NCBI GenBank assembly: GCA_028877205.1
Contig: JAPPHY010000011.1
Location: 17,218 to 81,217 of the forward strand
DNA: 64,000 nt
From: Chloroflexota bacterium
GTDB lineage: Bacteria > Chloroflexota > Dehalococcoidia > Lucifugimonadales > UBA2985
Reading direction: 5' to 3'
This document shows positions 16,764 to 26,056 of the stretch, piece after piece. The notes beneath the pieces are model-generated. The model did not search any database and was not told the origin of the DNA. It saw only the letters and a program-made list of their open reading frames with translations. The position numbers were made by a program, and so were the translations under genes. Position 1 is the first letter of the stretch. Every line of letters starts with the position of its first letter.

Positions 16764-16912
16764 CGCCCCTTTCGCCTATGCTAATTGGGGTCAGGGAAGT
16801 TCCGGACTCCATAGAGAGGTGGAAGAGACTCTTTCTGGCACCAGGGATGTTGAATTTGCCGGAGTAGATGGGACGTGATTCAGCCGCCCGGCCATACGCC
16901 CCCATCAAGAGT

Positions 16913-17764
16913 TCACCTGGTATTCGGCGCCCTCCGCAGCACTGCCAGCCCAAGACCGGCCAGCGCTACACCGACACCCGCCATTAGAGCCAGCGCCCAC
17001 GTCGGAGGCGTGTATCCGCCGACAACTGGAGGCTCCACGGCGCTGAGCGTGTAGGAGATGCGAGCGTAGTAGAGTCTGCTCAGGCCCTCGAAGCCGGAGT
17101 CGGTCCCGACGATCAGCCAGACCCCTCCTGCGCTATCCGATGCCACGACCAAAGGCTGCCCGGTGTTGTCGAGGGTCTTGATGCGGTATTCCAGGTTCAC
17201 CACCGCGGGGTTCGCCACATTGCCTAGGACCACCATGGACTCGCCGCCTCTGGCCTGGTTGCCCTTGTCTATGTTCATCCTCAGATGCCGGCTGCCGTCC
17301 ACCTCGGCCAGCGGCTCGACGGTGGACGCCCCCGCTTTCACGAAGACGCTCTCTCCGGGCGAGCCGCCTATGCCGATTAACCCGGCCGACACGTTCGTAG
17401 CCAGGTCTATGGACACGGAGACCGCGTATGCCGTGTTTGGCCTCAGCCCGTCAACGCGCCTCTTCAGGTACATGAACAGGTCGTCGCTGCGGTTGTGTCC
17501 CTGGACATAGATTCCGCTGCCTTCGAGACCATCGGGAAGCGAGCGGTGCCCGTGGTCCAGCTCGTAGATCGATTGGTCGTAGTCGACTGGCAGGTCTGCG
17601 AACCCGATCGTCCACCCCTGGGCGTCCCTATCGAAATCGAACCTGAACTCGCTAACACGCCCATCCTGTGCGAGCGCCGCCGACGGGCCAAAGAGGACAG
17701 CCATAACGACGAGTGCGGCAGCGAGCAGCATTGCTCGAGGAGCTCTTCGGCGCGAGGTTTGCAA
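16913..17764 (-). CDS. Secreted hypothetical protein with a C-terminal TM anchor and basic tail
   Basis: Signal peptide RAMLLAAALVVMAVLFGPSAALA. C-terminus WALALMAGVGVALAGLGLAVLRRAPNTR. No motif I recognise. Confidence 0.6.
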   Translation of the reverse strand: MQTSRRRAPRAMLLAAALVVMAVLFGPSAALAQDGRVSEFRFDFDRDAQGWTIGFADLPVDYDQSIYELDHGHRSLPDGLEGSGIYVQGHNRSDDLFMYLKRRVDGLRPNTAYAVSVSIDLATNVSAGLIGIGGSPGESVFVKAGASTVEPLAEVDGSRHLRMNIDKGNQARGGESMVVLGNVANPAVVNLEYRIKTLDNTGQPLVVASDSAGGVWLIVGTDSGFEGLSRLYYARISYTLSAVEPPVVGGYTPPTWALALMAGVGVALAGLGLAVLRRAPNTR

Positions 17765-17986
17765 TGTATCCTCTCTTCTTCTGACGATACGGTCCCGGCA
17801 AGTCAGCCACGGCCTGGATGCGAATCCACCCGCTTCCCGCGCACGAAGTCCCCGTCGTCCTGCCTGCCGGAATCCCGTCGCCTACGCGGGGTTTAGCATC
17901 ATCGAGGTGGACTGGAGTTGACTGAAGGCAATGCCGTTCTCAAGACCAGGATGGGACTGTGAGCGGAACTCGTCAATACACCCCGC

Positions 17987-19354
17987 CTAGTTTGAGCGAG
18001 ACGCCAATAGATTTGCCACCTCAATCGCGGCACTGTGGCCGCTGGAGAGAGCCCCGTTGACCGATGGCACGCGCATGTAGTCGCCGGCCAGCACAAGGTT
18101 GTCGATGCGCTCCGCGAGCTGTCCGGGGATCTTCGCCGCGGCTGCCAGCATTCCCGGCGTGCCCATGCACAGCGCCTCTTCCCAGCGGTAAACGCGAAAA
18201 TACAGTCCTTCGTGGTCGCCGGGAAGCGCAGAGCCTGGAGGCGCTTTACGGCGAGCGGCGCCCAAGAGCTGGCGCTTGATCTCTTCGTCGTCGAGCGGAA
18301 TGAGTTCCTTTGCGCGGTCGCGCCCGACGAGCAGGTCGAGAATGCTCCTGCCGGGAGGTGCGCAGGCGGGAAGAAAGGTGGACCGGTCCAGTAGAAGCGG
18401 CGTGTCGTCGTCCTCCGGGTAGAGCGCGCCGTGCCAGCCGGCAGGGAGTGGGCGGTGGTCGAGGCCAATCACCACGCGACAGCCGGTGGAGTAGCTGACG
18501 GTGCTGAGTGCGCGCCGAGTCTCAGGAGGCAGTTCGGGGATGAGTTCCGGCACCTTGGTGCCGGGGACGGCGCAGATGACCGCGTCCGTCTCGATGGTCT
18601 CCCCATCCGCCACCACGCCGGTCGCCGACCCGTCTGCGACTACGACCTTCCTGACCGGTGTCGATACGCGAATCGCATCTGCGCAAGCGTTCGCAAGCGC
18701 TTCGGCCAAGGAGCCGATGCCTCGCTCGGGCATATAGACCTTGCCTCCGCTCAGCATAGTTTCCCCAATGTAAGCCCGCATAAGCGCCTGGCCTGCGGGA
18801 AGTGGATCGCCAAGAACCATATCGAGGGGCCCTCTGAGTGTCACCTGTAGTTTCTCCGGCACACGAAGCCGCTTCAGGTAGTCTCCGAAGGACTCATCGT
18901 CGTCGATCTCGGCCAGGGGGCTGTCGCCTGCAAAGCTCATGTATGCCGATTGGCGATGGATCTGCCGCATGACCCTGAAGCCGGCCCACATGCCTGGGGG
19001 TGAGAGAAAGCCCATGGCAAAGGCCGTGCGCAGGTGGCGTACGAAGTTCCAGAGTGATTGGTCCGGCGTAGTGGTGACCCACCGCCCATTGCGGCGGTGA
19101 CCGAACTTCATCGTGGAGGGCACCAGCGGCAGGCCCAGCTCCTTGCAGATGCGGAATGCCGTGTCGTAGGTGGAGGTGAATACGAATGCGCCCATGTCCA
19201 GGGAGAATCCGTCCACCTTCTCGCCTTTTCCGCGTCCTCCCACGCGCTCCTGAGCCTCGAGCAGGAGAGGAGTGATGCCCAGCTTCGTCAGGGTGTAGGC
19301 CGCGCTGAGACCGGCGAAGCCACCGCCAACAATTACGACTCGCGGAGTGCTCAT
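17987..19354 (-). CDS. FAD-dependent oxidoreductase (amine oxidase / phytoene desaturase / protoporphyrinogen oxidase superfamily)
   Basis: RVVIVGGGFAGLSAAYTLTKLGITPLLLEAQERVGGR. C-terminal LVLAGDY. Confidence 0.8.
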   Translation of the reverse strand: MSTPRVVIVGGGFAGLSAAYTLTKLGITPLLLEAQERVGGRGKGEKVDGFSLDMGAFVFTSTYDTAFRICKELGLPLVPSTMKFGHRRNGRWVTTTPDQSLWNFVRHLRTAFAMGFLSPPGMWAGFRVMRQIHRQSAYMSFAGDSPLAEIDDDESFGDYLKRLRVPEKLQVTLRGPLDMVLGDPLPAGQALMRAYIGETMLSGGKVYMPERGIGSLAEALANACADAIRVSTPVRKVVVADGSATGVVADGETIETDAVICAVPGTKVPELIPELPPETRRALSTVSYSTGCRVVIGLDHRPLPAGWHGALYPEDDDTPLLLDRSTFLPACAPPGRSILDLLVGRDRAKELIPLDDEEIKRQLLGAARRKAPPGSALPGDHEGLYFRVYRWEEALCMGTPGMLAAAAKIPGQLAERIDNLVLAGDYMRVPSVNGALSSGHSAAIEVANLLASRSN

Positions 19355-19424
19355 ATGCGCCGATCCATTCTAGCCATCGTCGACCCATGGGACAGGCGTC
19401 TTGTAAGGTGTCGCTTACACTTGA

Positions 19425-19498
19425 TGGGCCGTCAGGGATTCGAACCCTGGACTCCCGGATTAAAAGTCCGGAGCTCTAACCGGCTGAGCTAACGGCCC
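19425..19498 (-). tRNA. tRNA-Lys (anticodon UUU), CCA not encoded
   Basis: Hand fold of the reverse complement: GGGCCGT-TA-GCTC-AGCCGGTTA-GAGC-T-CCGGA-CTTTTAA-TCCGG-GAGTC-CAGGG-TTCGAAT-CCCTG-ACGGCCC-A. Confidence 0.9.
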
Positions 19499-19528
19499 CG
19501 CGTTCTCTCGCCGATTCTAACCAACGCG

Positions 19529-20164
19529 CTATCGATTATCAATCGCGCCGTCATGCGTAAACGGTCGGTCTTCTGAGACCAACGAAAACTCGGAGAAAGG
19601 CCAGTATCGCACGACCACCTTCCCTACGACGTTGTCTATTGACACGGGTCCCCAGTGCCTCGAATCGCTGCTGCCGCGACGGTTGTCGCCCATCACAAAG
19701 TAGCTGTTGGGCGGTACAAGCACCGGCGCCAGGTTATCCAGGCCGCTCTCAATGAGGTACGGCTCATCGAGCAGTTCGCCGTCGATGTACACCGTGCCGC
19801 GCTGGATCGAAACGGTCTCGCCCGGCAGGCCGATGACCCGCTTCACAAAGTCCCGCGTAGGATCGTGGGGATAGCGGAATACGATGACCTCTGCGCGCTT
19901 GGGGGCATGGAACGGGTACAGGCGGCTGTCCTCCTCCCAGATGTCCACAAACGGCAGCAGGCGATCTATAGCCTCCGGGAACAGGTTGAAGTACACCAGC
20001 TTGTTCACGATTAGCCTGTCCTCGTGAGAAAGGGTGGGCTCCATGCTGGATAGCTCCACCCTGTAGTTTCGCACGGAGGACTGGAGCAGAAAGAAGATCA
20101 ACAGTGCCAGCGACACTGTCTCCAGGATGTCGGTTACGAATTCCCTTATGGTCGCGAACGACAA
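19529..20164 (-). CDS. lepB: Signal peptidase I
   Basis: SSMEPTL (catalytic Ser box), VKRVIGLPGE, GDNRRGSSDSRHWGPV. Confidence 0.9.
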   Translation of the reverse strand: MSFATIREFVTDILETVSLALLIFFLLQSSVRNYRVELSSMEPTLSHEDRLIVNKLVYFNLFPEAIDRLLPFVDIWEEDSRLYPFHAPKRAEVIVFRYPHDPTRDFVKRVIGLPGETVSIQRGTVYIDGELLDEPYLIESGLDNLAPVLVPPNSYFVMGDNRRGSSDSRHWGPVSIDNVVGKVVVRYWPFSEFSLVSEDRPFTHDGAIDNR

Positions 20165-20381
20165 GCTTGCATCCCCTCCGGCAGGTCAAAGGACAATTAT
20201 AGCCCGTAACGCGCTGCGAGTCATGGTGGCTGGCGAGCCTGACCATCGGGGCGCCTCGGTCCGAGTGCGATGAAGAAGCGTTGAGTCGGCCTTGTTGCTC
20301 CCGTGGCCGCAGTGCTATAATTCGCAGTCGGACGGAGGGAGCGGCACAGCACGCGAGGCAGCCGAACCTCCGCGTCGTCAA

Positions 20382-20456
20382 TCCCCGATAGCTCAGCGGT
20401 AGAGCGGGCGGCTGTTAACCGCTAGGTCGTAGGTTCGAATCCTACTCGGGGAGCCA
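20382..20456 (+). tRNA. tRNA-Asn (anticodon GUU), CCA encoded
   Basis: TCCCCGA-TA-GCTC-AGCGGTA-GAGC-G-GGCGG-CTGTTAA-CCGCT-AGGTC-GTAGG-TTCGAAT-CCTAC-TCGGGGA-G-CCA. Confidence 0.9.
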
Positions 20457-20622
20457 GCGCTCTTTCTCTCACTCGCCTCTGACCGGCCGCAAGCGCTTTG
20501 CCATGCGCCGCCGGAACCGCAATCGAACTCCCTCGGCCCGCTGCCCGCCAACCTCCGTTGCACTGGCAAGCGGAGCAGGTCGAGTCTCGCGGGAATATTG
20601 GATACCAGGGAACAGCGTTGCG

Positions 20623-20910
20623 CTACACCCCCTCCACGATTATCGTATTGGCGATGCAGCACCTTGAGCGCAGCTCCGCAAGCTCCTGGTATTCCGGTGA
20701 GTTGACTAGAGTGCGTAGCTGCTCATAGCTCTCGAACTCTATGACGACTACGCGGTTGGGCACTCGGTCTCCTGCCACAACCTCGACGGTCCCGCCGCGC
20801 GCGAGATACTTGCCGTCGTTAGCCAGGATGAGATCCAGCATCCCACGGGCGAATTCATCGAACAGAGCCGGATCTGTTACTTGCTGATCGGCGATCAAAT
20901 ATCCTGCCAT
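20623..20910 (-). CDS. DUF1330 family protein
   Basis: MAGYLIADQQVTDPALFDEF...YLARGGTVEVVAGD...VVVIEFESYEQ. Confidence 0.7.
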   Translation of the reverse strand: MAGYLIADQQVTDPALFDEFARGMLDLILANDGKYLARGGTVEVVAGDRVPNRVVVIEFESYEQLRTLVNSPEYQELAELRSRCCIANTIIVEGV

Positions 20911-20998
20911 TTCAACACCTCTCTTCTGGTCTCTTCGTCGGAGTGCGGCCAGTATACAACAATTGGGTTAACGTCGTGGCGGACCGTCGCGTATGGGG

Positions 20999-22726
20999 CT
21001 ATGCATCGACCTGTACCGTTACGATGTCGATTCCGTGGTACTTCCTGTGACGCACCGACGACGCGTAGTGGCGCAGCAGTCGGAACGAGAACTCGCCAAC
21101 GTCCGGCGTCTCGGCCTGATCGCTCATGTACGTGATCCGGTCCTCGATGTTCTCCTCAGAGAACACCGCCAGGAACTCCATCTCCACCGTGCCGGCCGCG
21201 GGGCGCGCGATGAGGACCAGACGCGGCGGCTTGTCCACGTCGTAATCATCGCGCAGTTGCAGCATGGTGGAAAGCGTCTCCTCTCCCGCGGAGCACAGTC
21301 TATCGATCGAGGCGTCGCTCCAGCCCATCCTGGAGCCCAGCCCGCGCAGGAACTCCTCTACGTTCGGCAGAGACGAGAGGTCCAGCTCGGTCTCCAGGCG
21401 CCTGCGGCGTGAGCCGGCAATCTGGACAACCAACGTCATCAGGATCGCAGCCAGTATGCTGACGACGACACTGTTGCCGAACGCCACTCCCCAAGGATTG
21501 CCCAGGGCTCCTGCGAGGACGTTCTGGGTCTGCAAGCCCACCCCGATCGAGAGCGACAGCCCGACGATGAGCGCCTTTTGCTGGTTGAGACCGTCCTGCA
21601 GGACTGTACGAATCCCCTCCACGAAGAGCAGTCCCATCACTATCATCAGGATTGCCCCGGTCACGGGCCGTGGGATTGTCAGGAGAATGGCGACCACCTT
21701 GGGCAGAAGAGCCAGCGCAATGAGCATCGCTCCTATGAAGTACCCCGTGCGGCGCGCGGCCACTCCCGTGAAGCTGATCAGCGAGATCGACGAAGGCAGG
21801 TAGATGATCGTCGGCAGGGTGCCCGCGATGCCGGACAGCAGTATGGCTGCGCCGCCTACGTTCAGGGTCCCCTGCACGCTGCGAAAGTCCACCGCCCGCG
21901 GTCTGCGCCAGGAGGCCTGCTGGATGACGGCTCCCTCGTTGCTGGCCTTGATGCCCACCACGACGCTCACGATCAGAAACACCAGCAACAGCGCCAGGAA
22001 GTCCTGGTCGAGGGCTGGGCTCAAGCCGGGCCACCCCGAGAACTCGGGGAGACCGGACCACGGGGCGTCAAGCGCCGGCCCGATGTCGTACACTCCAAGA
22101 GGCACTGCGACAACGCAGCCGACCGCGATGGTTGCGGGAATCGCCAGCAGCCTCAGGAGGCCGGAGGCGCGCAGCATGAGAATCGCCGCCACGGCCAGGG
22201 TGGCCGCTCCAACGGCCGGCCCGGCTATCGCGGGCGCGCCCTCGGGCACGTTCTCCATCCTGCCGATGGCTATGGGCATGGCGGAGGCCGCAATCACCAT
22301 GAACGCCACGCCGGACACAACGGGCGTGATGACCCTTCGCAGCTGGGCCAGCCAGAACGCCAGGGCGAACTGCACGAGCGCGGCGGCGATTATCAGGCTC
22401 GACATCACCTCCAGGCCGCCCTCCGTGACGGCCAGCACACAGACGGCCATGAACGGCGCGCCGGGTCCCATGAGCAGCATGTAGCCCGGTCCCAGCCGGC
22501 CAAGCTTGGCCGCCTGATAGGCCGTGGCCAGCCCGGCGATGATCAGGGACGCGAAGACCGCCCACGTCAGGTACCCTTCGCTTGCGCCGGACGCCACCGC
22601 GAATATGGTGACGAGTGTGACCGTGTTCGACAGCGCGATGACGCCGCCCTGCGCCGCCACGCCAAGCGTCACGGGAATGGGACACTTATCATCCGGCTCG
22701 TACTGTATGTGGTCGTTGACGCGCAT
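20999..22726 (-). CDS. NCS2 (xanthine/uracil/vitamin C permease)-like transporter with an extra ~140-aa C-terminal cytoplasmic domain
   Basis: About 12-14 hydrophobic segments. NCS2-like segment SISLISFTGVAARRTGYFIGAMLIALALLPK. Soluble tail from about LDLSSLPNVEEFLRGLG to the end. Confidence 0.6.
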   Translation of the reverse strand: MRVNDHIQYEPDDKCPIPVTLGVAAQGGVIALSNTVTLVTIFAVASGASEGYLTWAVFASLIIAGLATAYQAAKLGRLGPGYMLLMGPGAPFMAVCVLAVTEGGLEVMSSLIIAAALVQFALAFWLAQLRRVITPVVSGVAFMVIAASAMPIAIGRMENVPEGAPAIAGPAVGAATLAVAAILMLRASGLLRLLAIPATIAVGCVVAVPLGVYDIGPALDAPWSGLPEFSGWPGLSPALDQDFLALLLVFLIVSVVVGIKASNEGAVIQQASWRRPRAVDFRSVQGTLNVGGAAILLSGIAGTLPTIIYLPSSISLISFTGVAARRTGYFIGAMLIALALLPKVVAILLTIPRPVTGAILMIVMGLLFVEGIRTVLQDGLNQQKALIVGLSLSIGVGLQTQNVLAGALGNPWGVAFGNSVVVSILAAILMTLVVQIAGSRRRRLETELDLSSLPNVEEFLRGLGSRMGWSDASIDRLCSAGEETLSTMLQLRDDYDVDKPPRLVLIARPAAGTVEMEFLAVFSEENIEDRITYMSDQAETPDVGEFSFRLLRHYASSVRHRKYHGIDIVTVQVDA

Positions 22727-22918
22727 GAGTTCGACCTACATTCCAGCGCTCTGGGCGGAGTCGGGGGAACGGCGCGTGGCCATTGTACCCGAAGAGCAGT
22801 GACGAAGGTGTGATTCTATGGATCGGTTGGAAGTGCCCAAACGGCTTCAACTGGAAATCGAGCCTTGCCGCGCATAGTCTTACCGCCAAAGGCCGATTCC
22901 CGCAGTGAATTGCTGTTG

Positions 22919-22994
22919 TGGTGGAGCTGGGGGGAGTCGAACCCCCGACCTCCTCAATGCCATTGAGGCGCTCTCCCGACTGAGCCACAGCCCC
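22919..22994 (-). tRNA. tRNA-Ala (anticodon GGC), CCA encoded
   Basis: Reverse complement GGGGCTG-TG-GCTC-AGTCGGGA-GAGC-G-CCTCA-ATGGCAT-TGAGG-AGGTC-GGGGG-TTCGACT-CCCCC-CAGCTCC-A-CCA. The G3:U70 Ala identity pair is present. Confidence 0.9.
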
Positions 22995-23054
22995 ACGAAT
23001 CCAGAATATACCAGAGGCCCCGCGCGGGTGCAACCGCGGCTCTCGCCGTGAGGC

Positions 23055-23576
23055 TCACCCCACGCGGCTTGCCGCGATGTAGGCGCCAACTCCAATCGCC
23101 AGGAGCGTGAACAGGCCTGGAGCAAGGAATCTCACCACCAGCGGATCCAGCGTACTGGCCGCCAGAACGCTCGCAACCGCGTAGCTGGCAACCACGCCGG
23201 CCGCGGCGATGTACTGTAGCAGCCGCCCGCGCTTGCGGTTCGTCGACACGCTTATCGCCTCGCCCGTCAGGAAACCTATGCCCAGCAAGACGAGCCACGG
23301 CAAATACGGTATCGAGAACACCCGGAAGAAGAGCAACCCCCACGCAGCGCCCGTCGATCCCGCAATCACGACCGCAGTTATGACCGCCTTGGTGATCGTC
23401 AGGCCGTCGAGCTGGAATGTTGGCAGACGCGTTACGCGAGCGCAGTCAGGGCAGCGTGCGCCCACGTCGGACTGGACCAGGCATCGCGGGCAGATGAGGG
23501 TGCCGCACCGGCTACAGCCCAGGCGGCTCTCCACCCTGGGGTGGCGCGCGCAGTAGGTGGCCTCAGGACCGGCCAA
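23055..23576 (-). CDS. Membrane protein with an N-terminal B-box-like zinc-ribbon (4 TM helices)
   Basis: YCARHPRVESRLGCSRCGTLICPRCLVQSDVGARCPDCAR followed by TM helices. I prefer the TTG start at 23576 with GGAGG 9 nt upstream, inside the plsY 3' end. The ORF-track start at 23678 would overlap plsY. Confidence 0.55.
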   Translation of the reverse strand: MAGPEATYCARHPRVESRLGCSRCGTLICPRCLVQSDVGARCPDCARVTRLPTFQLDGLTITKAVITAVVIAGSTGAAWGLLFFRVFSIPYLPWLVLLGIGFLTGEAISVSTNRKRGRLLQYIAAAGVVASYAVASVLAASTLDPLVVRFLAPGLFTLLAIGVGAYIAASRVG

Positions 23577-23580
23577 CGCC

Positions 23581-24246
23581 CTAGACCTCCGGGGGGCGTC
23601 TGAACACCCAATCCTCGCGGCTGCCCGCGTCCCTGTCGAAGAGCAGCCTGTGGAACAACGCCCTGTGCCACGGCTCACCCTCAGGGAGCTGCTCTCCGTT
23701 GGACAGCATGCGCTTCGCCGCAGCCAGGAGCACGAGACCCGTGCAAAGCCCGGTAACGTGCGGAGGGCTTCCCAGCGCCACGCTCCAAGCAGGGGTCAGC
23801 AGCAGCGCCAGACCAACCCACAGCGCGGAGCTGCGAGTGACCAGCCACCCAACGGAGGCAATCAGGACTGCCGCCAGAAGTTCCGGCCATGCCAGCACCA
23901 GCAGCACGCCTATGGTTACCGTGATGCCCCGGCCTCCCGTCAGGCCAAGGTAGACCGACCAGTTGTGACCGGCGACGGCGGCCAGTCCCGCCGCCACTGC
24001 GACCCAGGGGTCCGTCCCAAACTCCCACGCCACGTAGGCGGGAATCGAGCCCTTCACCAGCATGTCGAATGCGAAAACTGCCAGTCCGATCCCCTTCCCC
24101 ACCTGGACCCACACGTTCGATGCGCCCGCATTGCCGCTGCCAAAGCGCCGTATGTCGATTTTCCGCGAGACGCGGCCGACCGCGTAGGCCATAGGAATTG
24201 AGCCAATCAGATAGCCGAGCAGTACCAGTGCGGCGTCCGTCAACAT
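23581..24246 (-). CDS. plsY: Glycerol-3-phosphate acyltransferase PlsY
   Basis: LLGYLIGSIPMAYAVGRV...DIRRFGSGNAGASNV...GGRGI. Confidence 0.9.
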   Translation of the reverse strand: MLTDAALVLLGYLIGSIPMAYAVGRVSRKIDIRRFGSGNAGASNVWVQVGKGIGLAVFAFDMLVKGSIPAYVAWEFGTDPWVAVAAGLAAVAGHNWSVYLGLTGGRGITVTIGVLLVLAWPELLAAVLIASVGWLVTRSSALWVGLALLLTPAWSVALGSPPHVTGLCTGLVLLAAAKRMLSNGEQLPEGEPWHRALFHRLLFDRDAGSREDWVFRRPPEV

Positions 24247-24350
24247 TTCTTTAACTCTTGCGGCGCGCTATGGCGGCCGCCTCACGCAGGCTCTGAGCTT
24301 CCAATCGGACGGGTGTGCACCTGTCGCGGCGTGACTTGATTCGCACGGCG

Positions 24351-25193
24351 TCATTGCCTCGAAGCCGATAGCTCGGCGGCTCGCTCTCGAAGGCGGTCCA
24401 CTATGACGAGCGGCGGCCCGGAGACGCCCGGCTCCTCCTCGCCCGGCGTGCCGAACGCGTGGTAGTCGCTGCCTCCGCAGGGGATCAGGGCGTATCGGTC
24501 GGCCATCGCACCAAACGTCTCAACGTCCTTCGGGGTGTACTCCTTGTAGTACACCTCAATGCCGGCCAATCCGGCCTCCGCAAGCTCAGGCAGCAGCAAC
24601 TCCACGTTGTCCACAACGTGGGGATGCGCAAGAACCGGAACGCCGCCCACGCCCAGGATGTACTGGACCGCCTCCGCGGGCGTCATCTTATCCCTCTCGG
24701 CGTATGCAGGGCCGTTGCGACCGATGTAGTGGGTGAACGCCTCCTGCGGATAGGTGATGTAGCCCTTCTCCACCATCGCCTGCGCGATGTGGGGGCGGCC
24801 GACGGCGCCCTCCGCCAGCTCGCAGACTCGCTCCCAATCCAACGGCAGGCCCAGCGCGGCCAGCTTGTCCACCATCTCCCGCGCCCGGTCCACGCGGCCG
24901 TCGCGGAAGCTACGCAGAGTTTGCTGGAACGCCTCGTCCTCGTATCGGATGAAGTAGCCGAGCATGTGAATCTCGTTGCCGGGTATGTCGGTGCTCAGCT
25001 CCACGCCCGGTATGATGGTCAGCTGCGGGAATCGAGAGGCCGCCTCAAGGGCCTCCGGTATGCCCTCCGTCGAGTCGTGGTCGGTTATGGCGGCCGCGCG
25101 CAATCCCTTGGCTGCGACGAGCTCGACCAGCTGAGTGGGCGTAAGCCGGCCGTCGGAGTGAGTGGTGTGAAGGTGCAGGTCGGCTTCGACCAC
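24351..25193 (-). CDS. PHP-domain metal-dependent phosphoesterase
   Basis: ADLHLHTTHSDGRLTPTQLV...AITDHDS...LAHP...GGSDYH. Confidence 0.85.
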   Translation of the reverse strand: MVEADLHLHTTHSDGRLTPTQLVELVAAKGLRAAAITDHDSTEGIPEALEAASRFPQLTIIPGVELSTDIPGNEIHMLGYFIRYEDEAFQQTLRSFRDGRVDRAREMVDKLAALGLPLDWERVCELAEGAVGRPHIAQAMVEKGYITYPQEAFTHYIGRNGPAYAERDKMTPAEAVQYILGVGGVPVLAHPHVVDNVELLLPELAEAGLAGIEVYYKEYTPKDVETFGAMADRYALIPCGGSDYHAFGTPGEEEPGVSGPPLVIVDRLRERAAELSASRQ

Positions 25194-25195
25194 GG

Positions 25196-25963
25196 CTATC
25201 CAATCTCCCTGTCCACGCGTGCGATTGCCGTCGCCCTGCCCGTCACCTCGTCAATATCTATCATCACCGAGTTGAAACGGACGGGGCCGCTTGCGACCGT
25301 CAGTCGGTGCGGCATCTGGTGAAGGAACCGCTCAAGAGCGTCCTGAACGTTGCTGCCTATGACGGAGTGGCGAGGCCCCACCATGCCCAGGTCGCTGACG
25401 TACGCCGTGCCGTTGTGCAGCAGCCTGGCGTCCACGGTGCCCACGTGCGTGTGAGTCCCCACCACTGCGCTGGCCCTGCCGTCCAGGTACCAGCCCATAG
25501 CCGTCTTCTCGGACGTAGTCTCGGCGTGGAAGTCAACCAGCACCACGCGGCGTCTTTCACCGAGTCGATCCATGAGGGCGTCCATAGCTCGAAACGGGCA
25601 GTCGTAGTTGCCCACGAACACGCGGCCCATGAGGCTAACCACCAATACGCCGTTTACCTCCACGCTACCCCTGCCTGGCGCCGTGGGTGGATAGTTGAGC
25701 GGCCTGAGGATGGGCAGGTCCGAGTCCAGGTGAGGGATGATCTCTCGCTGGTCCCAGATGTGGTTGCCGGACGTGATTGCGTCCACGCCGGCGTCGAAGA
25801 GCTCCTGGGCGGTGTCCAGGGTGAGACCAAAGCCTGCGGCGGCGTTCTCGCCGTTGGCCACCACAAGGTCGATGGTGAACTCGTCCCGGAGGCCGGGAAG
25901 CAGCGCCTGCACGGCGCGCCGCCCCGGCCTGCCGATGACGTCGCCGATCATCAATGCTCGCAA
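25196..25963 (-). CDS. YmdB-like (TIGR00282-type) metallophosphoesterase
   Basis: MRALMIGDVIGRPGRRAV...VVANGENAAAGFGLT...TSGNHIWD...DFHAETTSEK. Immediately downstream of rny, as in the rny-ymdB pairing known from Firmicutes. Confidence 0.85.
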   Translation of the reverse strand: MRALMIGDVIGRPGRRAVQALLPGLRDEFTIDLVVANGENAAAGFGLTLDTAQELFDAGVDAITSGNHIWDQREIIPHLDSDLPILRPLNYPPTAPGRGSVEVNGVLVVSLMGRVFVGNYDCPFRAMDALMDRLGERRRVVLVDFHAETTSEKTAMGWYLDGRASAVVGTHTHVGTVDARLLHNGTAYVSDLGMVGPRHSVIGSNVQDALERFLHQMPHRLTVASGPVRFNSVMIDIDEVTGRATAIARVDREIG

Positions 25964-26056
25964 ACAGCCGTCCCCCGACAGGCCGCTGAGCGACCGTGCC
26001 TCCGTGGCGAATTGCGCATATGCTCCTTGGCCGGAATGCGGTAGGAAGGACTTGCC

